Source: Spirochaetia bacterium
GTDB lineage: Bacteria; Spirochaetota; Spirochaetia; SP-2023
Direction: 5' to 3'
DNA: 64,000 bases
Assembly (NCBI GenBank): GCA_965225855.1
Contig: CBDDCK010000005.1
Coordinates: 1,969,074 to 2,033,073, forward strand
A model generated the notes under the pieces. The model made no database searches, had not been told where the DNA came from, and was given only the letters and a program-made list of their open reading frames with translations. The position numbers and the translations under genes are program-made. Each line of letters opens with the position of its first letter. Position 1 is the first letter of the stretch. Positions 1 through 9,777 of this stretch are shown piece by piece.

Positions 1-484
1 CGTTGATTAATTTGCCGATCCAGACATCAATATGGCTTATAGCTAGATTGTATTTGTTGCTAAACAAAGCGCTACAGAGACGGAAAAACAGCAGTAAAGC
101 ACAAACAATCAATAGAGTTTGTACCATCGAAACGATGAATGTCAAAAACTGAAAAACCATGCTTAGGAATACGACTCCAAAGGGTGCGCTTTGGGTTGCA
201 CGCAAAGAGCCGATGAACCTCTGCAACAAACTAATGCTAAATAGTGCAAAGATGGGGGATAAGTCGATGATTCCACCGATGACTGTAAATGGCAAACGGC
301 GGAAGAATCGCAAGAAAGGGTCGGTGACCAAGCAGAGCCAGTAACCAAGGGTGTGTGTTTCTAAGGTATAACTATTGACAATCCAAGAGAGTATAATGCG
401 GGCAATCAATAGGTAATAATAGGCACTTAGCAATAAGTTTAGTAAAGCAAATATTTGGGAAGCGAGCATAGAGGCAATGAGCAT
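1..484 (-). CDS. YggT family membrane protein (3' end runs off window)
   Basis: Manual translation MLIASMLASQIFALLNLLLSAYYYLLIARIILSW...LVTDPFLRFFRRLP...IIDLSPIFA shows the YggT motifs (R.ILSW, TDP.L, D.SP); frame open to window edge. Confidence 0.8.
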   Translation of the reverse strand, partial: MLIASMLASQIFALLNLLLSAYYYLLIARIILSWIVNSYTLETHTLGYWLCLVTDPFLRFFRRLPFTVIGGIIDLSPIFALFSISLLQRFIGSLRATQSAPFGVVFLSMVFQFLTFIVSMVQTLLIVCALLLFFRLCSALFSNKYNLAISHIDVWIGKLIN

Positions 485-542
485 AGTATAAACACCAATC
501 AAACTTTATCGAAATGTAAGGGGGATCACTGCAATAAGAATA

Positions 543-1979
543 TTACAATTTCTCTATCAACATAGAGCATTTACCAGAAGGAATGGGTAAAGTCTTTCTT
601 TTATAGTTCAAAATATCAACGGTAAAATAGTAAAGTTTCTCCGATTCCAAGCGGATTTCCCAGCCACGAAAGGTTTTGCGTGTCTGAATGGAAATAACGT
701 TGCGCCTCAATGATAGGTTGCGTATACCCATTTCTTCTATATTGGGAATCACCCAGTCCACCGTTTTACGTGGTAGACTAATATTCAAGCCTAAAATGGT
801 TTCAATGAACAGATTCACCGTAATTAGAGACGTCATATGTGCATAGCCACCCTGTGCACACATAAAGTTGCCGCTGTTATCTGGGCTTGGCATCAGTGCC
901 GGTTTGTTTTCATAGGGCATGTAGGCCTGCCAAAAATCATGCTGATATTCACTTTCGAGAAAGTATGTATCCAAGATATGGTACATATGCATAATGGCAA
1001 ATTCACGGGCCTGACGATGGTATTGGTAGGCTTCTAGCCCTTTTATAATAACAAAATTCAATGCAGGCATAACCGAACCATAGCAGCCACGGCCTTCCGC
1101 ACTGAAGTCCGGATGATGTTGGGCCAAAGAGGGGAAGGGGTTTTCTGAACCAAACCACTCTGGGGTTCTCAATTTGCTCATCATTCGTTCTAAACGTTCT
1201 TCGTTTAACACATCACAAAGTAGCAGCCAATAACTACATAAGGTTGCACTGCCAATCATTTTTCCTTTTCTATCCAAATCGTAGAAAAAATTAGTATTAG
1301 GGTTCCACATTTGGTTCATGATCCGTGTTTTTAACGAAAAGTAATATTTGCGATAGCGGAAGGCAATTTCTTTATCATTGAGCAAATCGCCAATGATGGC
1401 CATATAATAGGCATTGAGTAGTTGTTGGGCATTAAAATCAATTAGGTAAACAGCGTTATCTTGTTGACGAGCCGAGTTTTGCCAACCGACTGCAGCTAGG
1501 GGGGCTTTTAACAAACCTAATTTTTTATCGTAAAATTGGGCATCAATCCACTCAAAATATTTTTCCAAAACTGGAAAAATATTTTGAATACGTTTTTTCA
1601 TACCAACTTTGTGATAAAAATGGTACTCAATCCAGGAAAATAACGGAGGATTGACATTTTCTGGATTCCCTTCTTGTGGAATAACTTCACCGCTTTGAAA
1701 GTCATAATTAGCCCGAATGGCCCCATCTTCTTCTTGAAACTGGTAAAAATAATCAATTTGCTGAATGGCCAGTAGAGGTTTTTCCTGATATACCAGAGAG
1801 AAAGCAAACATAGTTGTTTCAAATTGATTTAACACACTAGAATTGGATTTATGAAATAAAAAAGATTTTGGTTCATCTGGGTCTGTGTACCAAAATTTTT
1901 CCAGTTTTAGCCAAGTTTTTTGATAACCTTGAATAAAGTCCTGATCGTAATAGATCAATTTGGGGAAATCTATATCCAC
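543..1979 (-). CDS. MGH1/GH63-like (alpha/alpha)6 glycoside hydrolase family protein
   Basis: NPPLFSW, GWQNSAR, MWNPNTNFFYDLD motifs typical of MGH1-like/trehalase clan. Confidence 0.7.
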   Translation of the reverse strand: MDIDFPKLIYYDQDFIQGYQKTWLKLEKFWYTDPDEPKSFLFHKSNSSVLNQFETTMFAFSLVYQEKPLLAIQQIDYFYQFQEEDGAIRANYDFQSGEVIPQEGNPENVNPPLFSWIEYHFYHKVGMKKRIQNIFPVLEKYFEWIDAQFYDKKLGLLKAPLAAVGWQNSARQQDNAVYLIDFNAQQLLNAYYMAIIGDLLNDKEIAFRYRKYYFSLKTRIMNQMWNPNTNFFYDLDRKGKMIGSATLCSYWLLLCDVLNEERLERMMSKLRTPEWFGSENPFPSLAQHHPDFSAEGRGCYGSVMPALNFVIIKGLEAYQYHRQAREFAIMHMYHILDTYFLESEYQHDFWQAYMPYENKPALMPSPDNSGNFMCAQGGYAHMTSLITVNLFIETILGLNISLPRKTVDWVIPNIEEMGIRNLSLRRNVISIQTRKTFRGWEIRLESEKLYYFTVDILNYKRKTLPIPSGKCSMLIEKL

Positions 1980-2198
1980 AAAATATCTCCTAAATTAAGG
2001 GAAGCTATCTCTAATCTATTGGAACACGAGTTAAAGTAAATAGCCCAACGCAATAATCAAGAATCGGCCAAATGGCTAGAAAGCCCAACCGCAAATTTTA
2101 CGAAAATGCCTGATTGATAAAAAATTGGAGTAGTTAAATATGCGTATGCCTACTATATTCATTCAACGGTCTTGTATCTTTTATTATTTTGGTGAACA

Positions 2199-3038
2199 AT
2201 GCTTGCGATGTTTCCACAACTAAATGGTACTGCCAGTTTTTTGCGCTATACAGACGATGCAGAAAGTGCTTATTTGCAAAAAATTGCCAAAACCGATGCT
2301 TGGAATAATGTGAACCAATGGTTAGTTCCTTCTTTAGCTTTGGCAACTTTTGTTATTGTTTATTGGCTTAACCGAAAAAAATTAGAAATTCTACTATACG
2401 GTAACCCAGCAAATTCTAATGAGCTTTTCACTTTTATTCATATAGCCATACAGTTTTTTATTGCATTGCTGCACATTGTGCTGCTAGCATATCTAGTTAA
2501 GCTCGTGCGTATTTTAGGCTATTTTCGTAAATCTAGTGAAAATGTACAAACAGCAGGAGAGCCAGAAATACATCAGCTCAATGACTATGTTATTTATAGG
2601 ATAGCCGCTTGTCCCGATATGGCTTTGTCTTTGGTCTTGACCAGTCGCTCTGGCGTGCGGCGTTATCGTTGGCACTATTATTTAGATGAGGCGCCGATAA
2701 CCCCTTTGCCACAACAGCGCAAGCTGCTACCGCTTTATGTCCAAAAGAAATCCTGGGAAAAATTAAGTGAATATAACCTAGAACAGCTTGCCCAAGTTTT
2801 TCCCGACAAAGTTTGGTTGAAACTTTGCCAAGAATCTGAACAGTATTGCAATTTGCGTTTTCATATTGCAGATGTACCATACTATGGTTTTCATTTTTAC
2901 TATTTGTGTGCCATGGGCTTGGCTCCTAAAGATAATGATTTTTCAGATGCCAATCATAACAATGCTGAATTATCTGGCTTGGCTACACTACTTCAGGCTA
3001 TACCTTCAGTTGATAACAAATATAAGATATTGCCCTAG
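2199..3038 (+). CDS. hypothetical membrane protein
   Basis: 279-aa ORF with two hydrophobic segments; no recognised family. Confidence 0.55.
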   Translation: MLAMFPQLNGTASFLRYTDDAESAYLQKIAKTDAWNNVNQWLVPSLALATFVIVYWLNRKKLEILLYGNPANSNELFTFIHIAIQFFIALLHIVLLAYLVKLVRILGYFRKSSENVQTAGEPEIHQLNDYVIYRIAACPDMALSLVLTSRSGVRRYRWHYYLDEAPITPLPQQRKLLPLYVQKKSWEKLSEYNLEQLAQVFPDKVWLKLCQESEQYCNLRFHIADVPYYGFHFYYLCAMGLAPKDNDFSDANHNNAELSGLATLLQAIPSVDNKYKILP

Positions 3039-3095
3039 ATGATTTTATGGTTTTAATAAGAAAGAGACGAAACATAAGTGAATTAGGGGGAGCCA

Positions 3096-4136
3096 TTGGA
3101 GAAAAAACTGCCAGAGTTAACAGAGATTATTTACAGACTGGAAGATTTCCATTCCAAAAATAATGTATGGTTGGATATTACCGAGGGGAAAATTATAGAA
3201 TTGGCACCAGAAATTTTGGAAGCCAAGCCAGAATTACTAGGCGATAGTATTTTCCCTTTGCCTGATTGGTCATCGGGCCAAGGTTATGAATTGATGCAGA
3301 AATTTGCCAGTAGATACCAATACGATAATGAATTACATAAAATATTGCGCAGTCGGCACCAAGTATTTAAACGTTATCGCAACTACTTAAAACTATATCC
3401 AGAATTAAAGCAGGCTTGGCATGATTTTAAAGAACAATATTTTTTTCAGTATCTACAATCATGGTATGCTTGCGAATTTCCTAAAGCGCGGGGCTTGCAA
3501 AAAGCATTGCAGGGTTTAAATTGCTCTTTACATTCAGCTATTGAGGGTAGAGATGGGAATCTAAAAAATTATTTGGGGTTGTTGGAAGAAGAAACAGAAG
3601 CGAGTCTAGTTGAATCCCTTTTGCCGGAAGATTTTGAATTTTGCGAGACGATAGGGGAAACGGCTGCTATGTTTTCTCAGCTTAGTATAACAGAAATTGA
3701 ATTGCGTACTTTTGCCTTATTCCATTTCAGTGATGAGTACCATATTCTAAGTGGTTCACATTTCAAGCGTTTGCACAGCCTTTGTAACAATGTATTTTGG
3801 TTGAATCGTATCGATCTGGTAAGCCCTGCGGGGGATTGTATTGCTAGTTTGTATTGGGCTTGGCACAAAGCGATGCAACCCAAATGCCAACCAGAGGGCC
3901 ACAACCAAGCGCGATTGATTATGTGTATCAGCAATAAAGAATATACCCAACTCAAATTAGAAAACCATCTGTTGAGCTATTTTTTATCACAACGACAAAA
4001 ATATGGTATACAAATAGTCGAGCTCCATCTTAGTTGTGCTGCTGAAAAGTTTTATACAGAAACACTATTGGAATATCAATTAGAACAAAAAGGCAGAATC
4101 TGCCATATATCTTTTAGCTCTGAAAAAATTAGATAG
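3096..4136 (+). CDS. UPF0158 family protein with C-terminal extension
   Basis: LPDWSSGQGYELMQKFA...VFKRYRNYLKLYPELKQAWHDFK matches the UPF0158 pattern; GGGGAG RBS upstream. Confidence 0.7.
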   Translation: MEKKLPELTEIIYRLEDFHSKNNVWLDITEGKIIELAPEILEAKPELLGDSIFPLPDWSSGQGYELMQKFASRYQYDNELHKILRSRHQVFKRYRNYLKLYPELKQAWHDFKEQYFFQYLQSWYACEFPKARGLQKALQGLNCSLHSAIEGRDGNLKNYLGLLEEETEASLVESLLPEDFEFCETIGETAAMFSQLSITEIELRTFALFHFSDEYHILSGSHFKRLHSLCNNVFWLNRIDLVSPAGDCIASLYWAWHKAMQPKCQPEGHNQARLIMCISNKEYTQLKLENHLLSYFLSQRQKYGIQIVELHLSCAAEKFYTETLLEYQLEQKGRICHISFSSEKIR

Positions 4137-4690
4137 CAGAGAATTTTTCTATATATATCTGGATAATAAAAACAATTTGTTTGGCATCTGTACCATCATT
4201 GTATCGCCTAGAAAATAAGCCTTGTCTTAGCTTTGTCTTCTGGTTTGAATATTTGCAGCATTTGGGCTCATGTATGGCATTTATTTTGTCCTCTGTAAGC
4301 TAACGATGAGTTACTTTAGTAAATACTTCTAGGCGTTTCGTTTCTTCTTTAGCTTTCTTGGGATAGCTCTAATTTAGTCTGCTCACTTATATCGTCTCCA
4401 TAGCAGATAAATAATTAAAAAGCAACAATAGCCCCCCACCCAATAACTGCCCCAGCCCCACCCAACACCCCAAAGCAACAAACCCGATCAACACTGTATG
4501 GCCAAAGTTGTTTGCGCAAAGCGCTTTCGGTATATATCCAGAAGAGCCGCAAGGTAAAGGCGAAAGGGCTTCAGATAAAAAACCCTAAAACATAGCCAAA
4601 CGATTATTAATGATAGGCTGGTAAAAGAAATTTTAGCTAAGGCTAAAGCAGAACAATACCGATAAATAAATACCCCAGCCCCCTCTAACC

Positions 4691-4808
4691 ATAGAATTAC
4701 CTCGCACCTATATAATAGAATCGACCTAATTCTATCAATAGATTTACCTCGCACCTATTGATAGAATTGACCTAAATCTATCAATAGAATTACCTCCCAC
4801 CTATTAAT
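4691..4808. repeat. 46-bp-period tandem array (3 A + 2 B units)
   Basis: ATAGAATTACCTCSCACCTAT alternates with TGATAGAATTGACCTAAATCTATCA-like units. Confidence 0.95.
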
Positions 4809-5169
4809 ACCCTAGTCTTTAATGAAATTTTCTACATCGGCACATAATCCACGACCTATACAACAATCATCGGAAATCGTTGCCCAAATTCTGAACGCCC
4901 CTGAAAGAATAATATCCTGTTTTCATTTTCATTAAATGTTTCACCTTTTGGAGATTGCCCCATAGTGTAATCGAAGTGTAATCGAAGTGTAATCAAGTAT
5001 TTTATTCAATTCTACACTTTCCCACCCCAAAGGCCAAACAAAGGCCCTTAAGCCTTTTGATTTCAACACCCACAAGCCTTTTGATTGGCATGGATTTTTA
5101 ACTACCTTACAACACTAAGGACCTAACAAAAAAAGCACAAAAAAACTTACAAAAAGCCTTATATAGGCC

Positions 5170-5195
5170 TTGACGCAACACCCCCCTAGCAAAAT
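5170..5195 (+). promoter_or_regulatory. putative sigma70-like promoter with poly-C spacer
   Basis: TTGACG-caaca-C6-tag-CAAAAT; conserved upstream of all four lipoprotein genes (C7 in the other three). Confidence 0.4.
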
Positions 5196-5258
5196 GGGGC
5201 ACTATGCACTAGCCCGTATGGGTTGGTTAATCTTTATCCATTTTTGGAGGTATTGCTT

Positions 5259-7019
5259 ATGTATAAGCACAAACTACTTTTATTGCCTGTAGCCTGGCTA
5301 CTGGCCTTTATGGCCTTGGCCTGCGCCCCACCCGATGACGATGATCGATCTTCTGCGCCGTCTAAGCCGACTATCAATAACGCCATCTACGACTTTGCTA
5401 CGGCTCTGTTAACCGTACAAGGTACTCACTTAAGTCCTACAGAAGCCCAAATCCAAACCATCGTAGTAGATGGCGTAGCCTTCAGTTCCTATACTGCAGA
5501 TGACGATGCCACTGGGGTAAATAGTAAAGGTCTTGAACAAGGTAAGTACCGTATTAAAAGCGATGGCACAGCGCTTTGGCTTAGACTTACCGATGACGAT
5601 AAAGCTGCTCTGAATGGCAAGACAGGTATGGATAGCAATGGTCTAAAAAAAGGGTTGCTTAGCGTTGCCTCTGGTGCTTGGGCGGGTTTAAATACAGCCA
5701 AAGACTTGGAAGTTAGGAATGTACCCGAAAATAAGCAGTCTAAAGTATCCGATGACAATCAGCCATCTAAGCAAACTGAAGACGAACAAGCTGAACAAGC
5801 TGAAGAGGAGTCGCCTAAGCAACCTAAAGACGAAGAAGACGAACAAGATGAAGAAGTCGAACAAGCTGAACAAACCGAAGAAGTCGAAGATAAGCAGTCT
5901 AAGACCGAAGCCGAAGAGGATTCGCCTAAAGCTGCAATTACCGGTGCAACCTACAATGTTGGCACGGCGCTGTTAACCTTGCAAGGTACTCACTTAAGTC
6001 CTACAGAAGCCCAAATCCAAACCATCGTAGTAGATGGGGTAGCCTTAAGTTCCTATATTGCAGATGCCACAGCCACTGGGCCAGATAGTCGCAGTCTTGC
6101 AAAAGGTAAGTACCGCATGAAAAGCGATGGCACAGCGCTTTGGCTTTACCTTACCGATCAACATAAAGCTACTCTGAATGGCAAGACAGGTATGGATAGC
6201 AATGGTCTAAAAGAAGGGTTGCTTAGCGTTGGCACTGGTGCTTGGGGAGGTTTAGATACAGCCAAAGACTTGGCCGTTAGTGGAAACCCCGCACCCACAA
6301 TTACCAGTGCAACCTACAATGCTATTACAGGCGTGTTAGTGATTACAGGTACTAATTTACCAGCAGCATTTACAGGCTGGGACTTTAGCAAATTGAGGTT
6401 TGTCGCAGGTGATGGTCGTACTAAGAGTCTCTCATTATCCCCGCATACAACCGCAGGTGAAGATAGAGCCACAGGTTCTGCAGCAAGTGTAACAAGCTTA
6501 ACGATTACTTTAACGGGTAATGAAAAAGCCAAAGCCAATGCTATATTGGTTAAGGATGGTGATAGTGATAATGCTGGTGCATACAACCTGGAAGCAGCAG
6601 CAGGATTTGCAGGTGGTAGCGCTGAAGACACAAGCAGCCCTATTACCGTTAGTGGCTACGCAAGCCAGCTCACCGAAGTACAATACTATTCTAGTTCAGG
6701 CAAGTTAATTATTTTAGGTAGCAGGTTACCGACAACAATTGCAGAGTGGGACTTTAGCAAATTGACGCTTGTATCCGGTGATGGTAAGAAGAGATACCCA
6801 TTACCCCAGCACGCAGTAGGTGAAGACACAGCCACAGGTTCTGCAGCAAATACAAGAGGCGTAATTATTATTTTAAGCGGTAGTGTAAAAGCGGAAGTCG
6901 AGAAGATACTGGTTCAGATTGGTGGTAATGATGATGCTGGTAACTACAACCTGGAAGCAGCAGCAGGATTTGTAACGGGTAAGCCAGAAGACCCAACCAC
7001 TGGTATAACAAGGTTTTAA
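5259..7019 (+). CDS. surface lipoprotein paralog 1 (A-linker-A'-B-B; beta-rich repeat domains)
   Basis: GGAGG RBS then ATG at 5259; signal peptide ending FMALAC; acidic linker; repeated ITSATYN...DFSKL...YNLEAAAGF domains. Confidence 0.9.
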   Translation: MYKHKLLLLPVAWLLAFMALACAPPDDDDRSSAPSKPTINNAIYDFATALLTVQGTHLSPTEAQIQTIVVDGVAFSSYTADDDATGVNSKGLEQGKYRIKSDGTALWLRLTDDDKAALNGKTGMDSNGLKKGLLSVASGAWAGLNTAKDLEVRNVPENKQSKVSDDNQPSKQTEDEQAEQAEEESPKQPKDEEDEQDEEVEQAEQTEEVEDKQSKTEAEEDSPKAAITGATYNVGTALLTLQGTHLSPTEAQIQTIVVDGVALSSYIADATATGPDSRSLAKGKYRMKSDGTALWLYLTDQHKATLNGKTGMDSNGLKEGLLSVGTGAWGGLDTAKDLAVSGNPAPTITSATYNAITGVLVITGTNLPAAFTGWDFSKLRFVAGDGRTKSLSLSPHTTAGEDRATGSAASVTSLTITLTGNEKAKANAILVKDGDSDNAGAYNLEAAAGFAGGSAEDTSSPITVSGYASQLTEVQYYSSSGKLIILGSRLPTTIAEWDFSKLTLVSGDGKKRYPLPQHAVGEDTATGSAANTRGVIIILSGSVKAEVEKILVQIGGNDDAGNYNLEAAAGFVTGKPEDPTTGITRF

Positions 7020-7046
7020 ATTGGTAAGTAGGGTTTCTTTTAACCT

Positions 7047-7217
7047 CGCTTGCCCAATAGCTCTTAGAGCAGCTAAGTGAAAGCTAGCGGGAGGCCAACC
7101 AAGTAAATGCGGTAAGCAATGCTTGGTTGGCCTGTTGTTGGGCATTAAGAGAGTTTCTTAATGCCCAACAACAGAATTTCTTAATAACTAACAAGAGAAA
7201 CTTTGGCCAAGCCTTGC
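7047..7217 (+). repeat. 3' tail module I with two hairpins (7092-7133, 7132-7174)
   Basis: 7047-7133 shared with 58375-58461 (minus); 19-bp perfect stem at 7132-7174; distal part shared with 44249-44360. Confidence 0.85.
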
Positions 7218-7282
7218 TTGCCTTTTGGGTGGGCACTATGGCTAGCAACTCACTACCAAGCGGGTAGTGGCTTACGATAACG

Positions 7283-7627
7283 GTGATGGAATTAGCCCAG
7301 TTAAATGAGTATTTGGACTTGGCTTTGAATATTGGTATTAATCAAGTAGATAATATTCAGTTGCAAGTTCAAGATCAAGCAAAATACCAGATGCAGGCTC
7401 GCTTAGCGGCAATAGAGGATGCCCAGAAAAAAGCTGAATTGCTAGCAGAGGGCTTTGGCAAAAAGCTAGGGGCAATTTGGCAGGTACGCTATAACAACCA
7501 TTCAGTCAGCCAGCCTCTACAACGGGGTAAAGCGATGATGTTGAATTGACCAGCGCAGATCAATAGCTATCAAGATACAACTTTAACCATTTGCGACCAA
7601 GTTGATGTGATATATAGGCTTGACTAA
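7283..7627 (+). pseudogene. SIMPL/YggE-like oxidative stress protein fragment
   Basis: ARLAAIEDAQKKAELLAEGFGKKLG motif; in-frame TGA at 7547 followed by homologous tail YQDTTLTICDQVDVIYRLD; N-terminal half absent. Confidence 0.75.
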
Positions 7628-7739
7628 ACTAGAATCAATCATTGTTTTTGTGTTATAATTTGTCAAACTTTTGCTAGCCTCTTGGGCTTGATGTGTTTAT
7701 CTTTAGTCAAAATCAAAATCAATTTAGAAAGGATTTTTT

Positions 7740-9659
7740 ATGGGAAAATGTAAGTTTAAAACCGAAGTGAAACAGATTTTAGACTTGGTGGTCCATTCAC
7801 TCTATTCAAATCGCGAAATCTTTTTGCGTGAATTAATCTCCAATTCATCAGATGCGATTGACAAATTAAAATATCTTACATTGACAGATGAGGCATATAA
7901 AAATTTAAACTTCAGTCCAAAGATTGAAATCAAGCTCAATGAAGATGGTAGACAGCTGCAAATCATGGACAATGGTATTGGCATGAATGCAAAAGACCTA
8001 GAAGAAAATCTAGGTACTATTGCCAGTAGTGGTACCAAAAAATTCCTTAATTCTTTGGGTGATGACCAAAAGAAAGGCTCTAATTTAATTGGTCAGTTTG
8101 GTGTTGGTTTTTATTCGGCTTTTATGGTGGCCGAGAAAGTGGAAGTTCTAAGCCTTAAAGTTCTAAGCGAACAAGCTTTTCTATGGTCCAGTGATGGTAG
8201 TGAAGAATATATTCTTAAAGAGGCTGTGCGTGAAGAAGGGCAAGGGACTACGGTTACCCTCTATTTTAATGAAGATGCCCAAGGTAGCGAGGGCTTTAAT
8301 ACTCGCTGGAGCTTGGAGCGCGTGATCCAAAAGTATTCAAATCATGTTGCTTTTCCCATCTATCTAACTTCTTTTCAAGATCAATATGATGAAGAGGGCA
8401 ACAAAAAGCAAGAAAAAGAATGCCGGCAAGAGCAATGCAATACCGCTTCAGCTTTGTGGAAACGCTCTAAGTCTGAAATCAAAGAAGAAGAATATAAAGA
8501 ATTTTTCAACAGTTTGGCCCACGATACAGGCGAGCCTTTGCACACCATTCATACAAAAGCTGAAGGCACTCTAGAATATACATCTTTGTTCTTTGTTCCA
8601 GAGAAAGCTCCTTTTGATATGTATCAAGCGGACTACCGTTCTGGGCTAAAATTGTATGTACGGCGTGTTTTTATCAGTGATGATAATCGAGAATTTTTGC
8701 CTGTTTACTTGCGTTTTGTACGGGGGATTATTGATTCTGAAGACTTGCCGCTCAATGTTAGCCGTGAGATATTGCAGCAAAATAAGATATTGCAGCAGAT
8801 CAGAAAAGCATCGGTCAAGAAAATACTTTCTGAGTTTGATCTGCTTAGTCGCAATGACACAGAAAAATACATTCAGTTTATTGAGCAATATAATCGCCCT
8901 CTAAAAGAAGGTTTGTACAGTGATTACGAGAATCGCGAAGAATTGCAACAACTATTGCGCTTCCGCTCCACCGAAACTATTGGCAAAGAAGGTATGGAAA
9001 AATGGACATCGCTGAAGGAATATTGTAGCCGTATGAAAGACGGCCAGCAAAGTATTTATTATATTACTGGACACAAAGCCGAACAGCTTAGCAACTCTCC
9101 TCTGTTGGAGGCCTATAAGAAAAAAGGTTTTGAGGTTTTAATCTTGGATGATGAAATCGATGAAATTATCTCTCAACAGCTAGGTCCTTATAAGGTGGAA
9201 GAAAAACATATTCCAGTTAAAGGGGTCAATCGCAGTGATAGTACGGACGAACTGAAAGACGAAGAAAGCGAAAAAGAGCAAGAGTCGAAAAGTAAAGAAT
9301 ATAGTGCTTTGCTCGAAAAGTTTAAGGACATTCTCAAAGAAGAAGTCAAAGATGTAAAACTTTCGTTGCGTTTGACTGAATCTCCAGCTTGTGTGGTCGA
9401 TGATCAAAATGATCCAAGTGCCCAATTGCAGCAAATGATGCGCTCGATGGGGCAAGAAGCTCCTCAGGCTAAACCAATTTTAGAGCTCAATCCCAACCAT
9501 GCCATTATTCAAAAGCTCCAAGGCAAAGTAGAAAATGAAGATATTCATGATCCAGCTTACTTATTGTTGGAACAAGCTCTACTTGCTGCTGGGCTAGTTA
9601 TTGCTGATCCATTAGCGATGTCGAAGCGCATTGGTCGGCTTATGCAACAAAGCTTATAG
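7740..9659 (+). CDS. htpG: molecular chaperone HtpG (Hsp90)
   Basis: LYSNREIFLRELISNSSDA, IGQFGVGFYS, DLPLNVSREILQ. Confidence 0.98.
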   Translation: MGKCKFKTEVKQILDLVVHSLYSNREIFLRELISNSSDAIDKLKYLTLTDEAYKNLNFSPKIEIKLNEDGRQLQIMDNGIGMNAKDLEENLGTIASSGTKKFLNSLGDDQKKGSNLIGQFGVGFYSAFMVAEKVEVLSLKVLSEQAFLWSSDGSEEYILKEAVREEGQGTTVTLYFNEDAQGSEGFNTRWSLERVIQKYSNHVAFPIYLTSFQDQYDEEGNKKQEKECRQEQCNTASALWKRSKSEIKEEEYKEFFNSLAHDTGEPLHTIHTKAEGTLEYTSLFFVPEKAPFDMYQADYRSGLKLYVRRVFISDDNREFLPVYLRFVRGIIDSEDLPLNVSREILQQNKILQQIRKASVKKILSEFDLLSRNDTEKYIQFIEQYNRPLKEGLYSDYENREELQQLLRFRSTETIGKEGMEKWTSLKEYCSRMKDGQQSIYYITGHKAEQLSNSPLLEAYKKKGFEVLILDDEIDEIISQQLGPYKVEEKHIPVKGVNRSDSTDELKDEESEKEQESKSKEYSALLEKFKDILKEEVKDVKLSLRLTESPACVVDDQNDPSAQLQQMMRSMGQEAPQAKPILELNPNHAIIQKLQGKVENEDIHDPAYLLLEQALLAAGLVIADPLAMSKRIGRLMQQSL

Positions 9660-9777
9660 TCGTTTTAAATATTCAAACCGGTTTTGGTTAATTTTTGATT
9701 TTTTCAATTTCAGTACCGATTTGTCATTTTATATTGGTATTTTCTGTTGGTTTTGTACCCCATATTTTGAGTAATAT

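Larger units (their letters stand above)
4604..5258 (+). repeat. conserved leader of lipoprotein cassette, copy 1
   Basis: Near-identical to 37329-38042 and 47071-47636; proximal part also at 60297-60480 on minus strand. Confidence 0.95.

Noticed and set aside
2130..2198. In-frame TGA upstream of ORF 2199 and at 7547 as evidence of TGA recoding
   Set aside because: Conserved genes use TGG for Trp and several end at TGA where expected (e.g. ATGA/GTGA overlaps in RM pairs); isolated nonsense changes explain both cases.
5489..6708. Overlapping antisense/alternate-frame ORFs in lipoprotein genes (also 48136, 48890, 58660, 59549)
   Set aside because: Shadows of repetitive, biased codon usage; no RBS or family motifs.
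5259..7019. Diversity-generating retroelement explanation for paralog variation
   Set aside because: No reverse transcriptase in the window; differences are block-wise and not adenine-specific.
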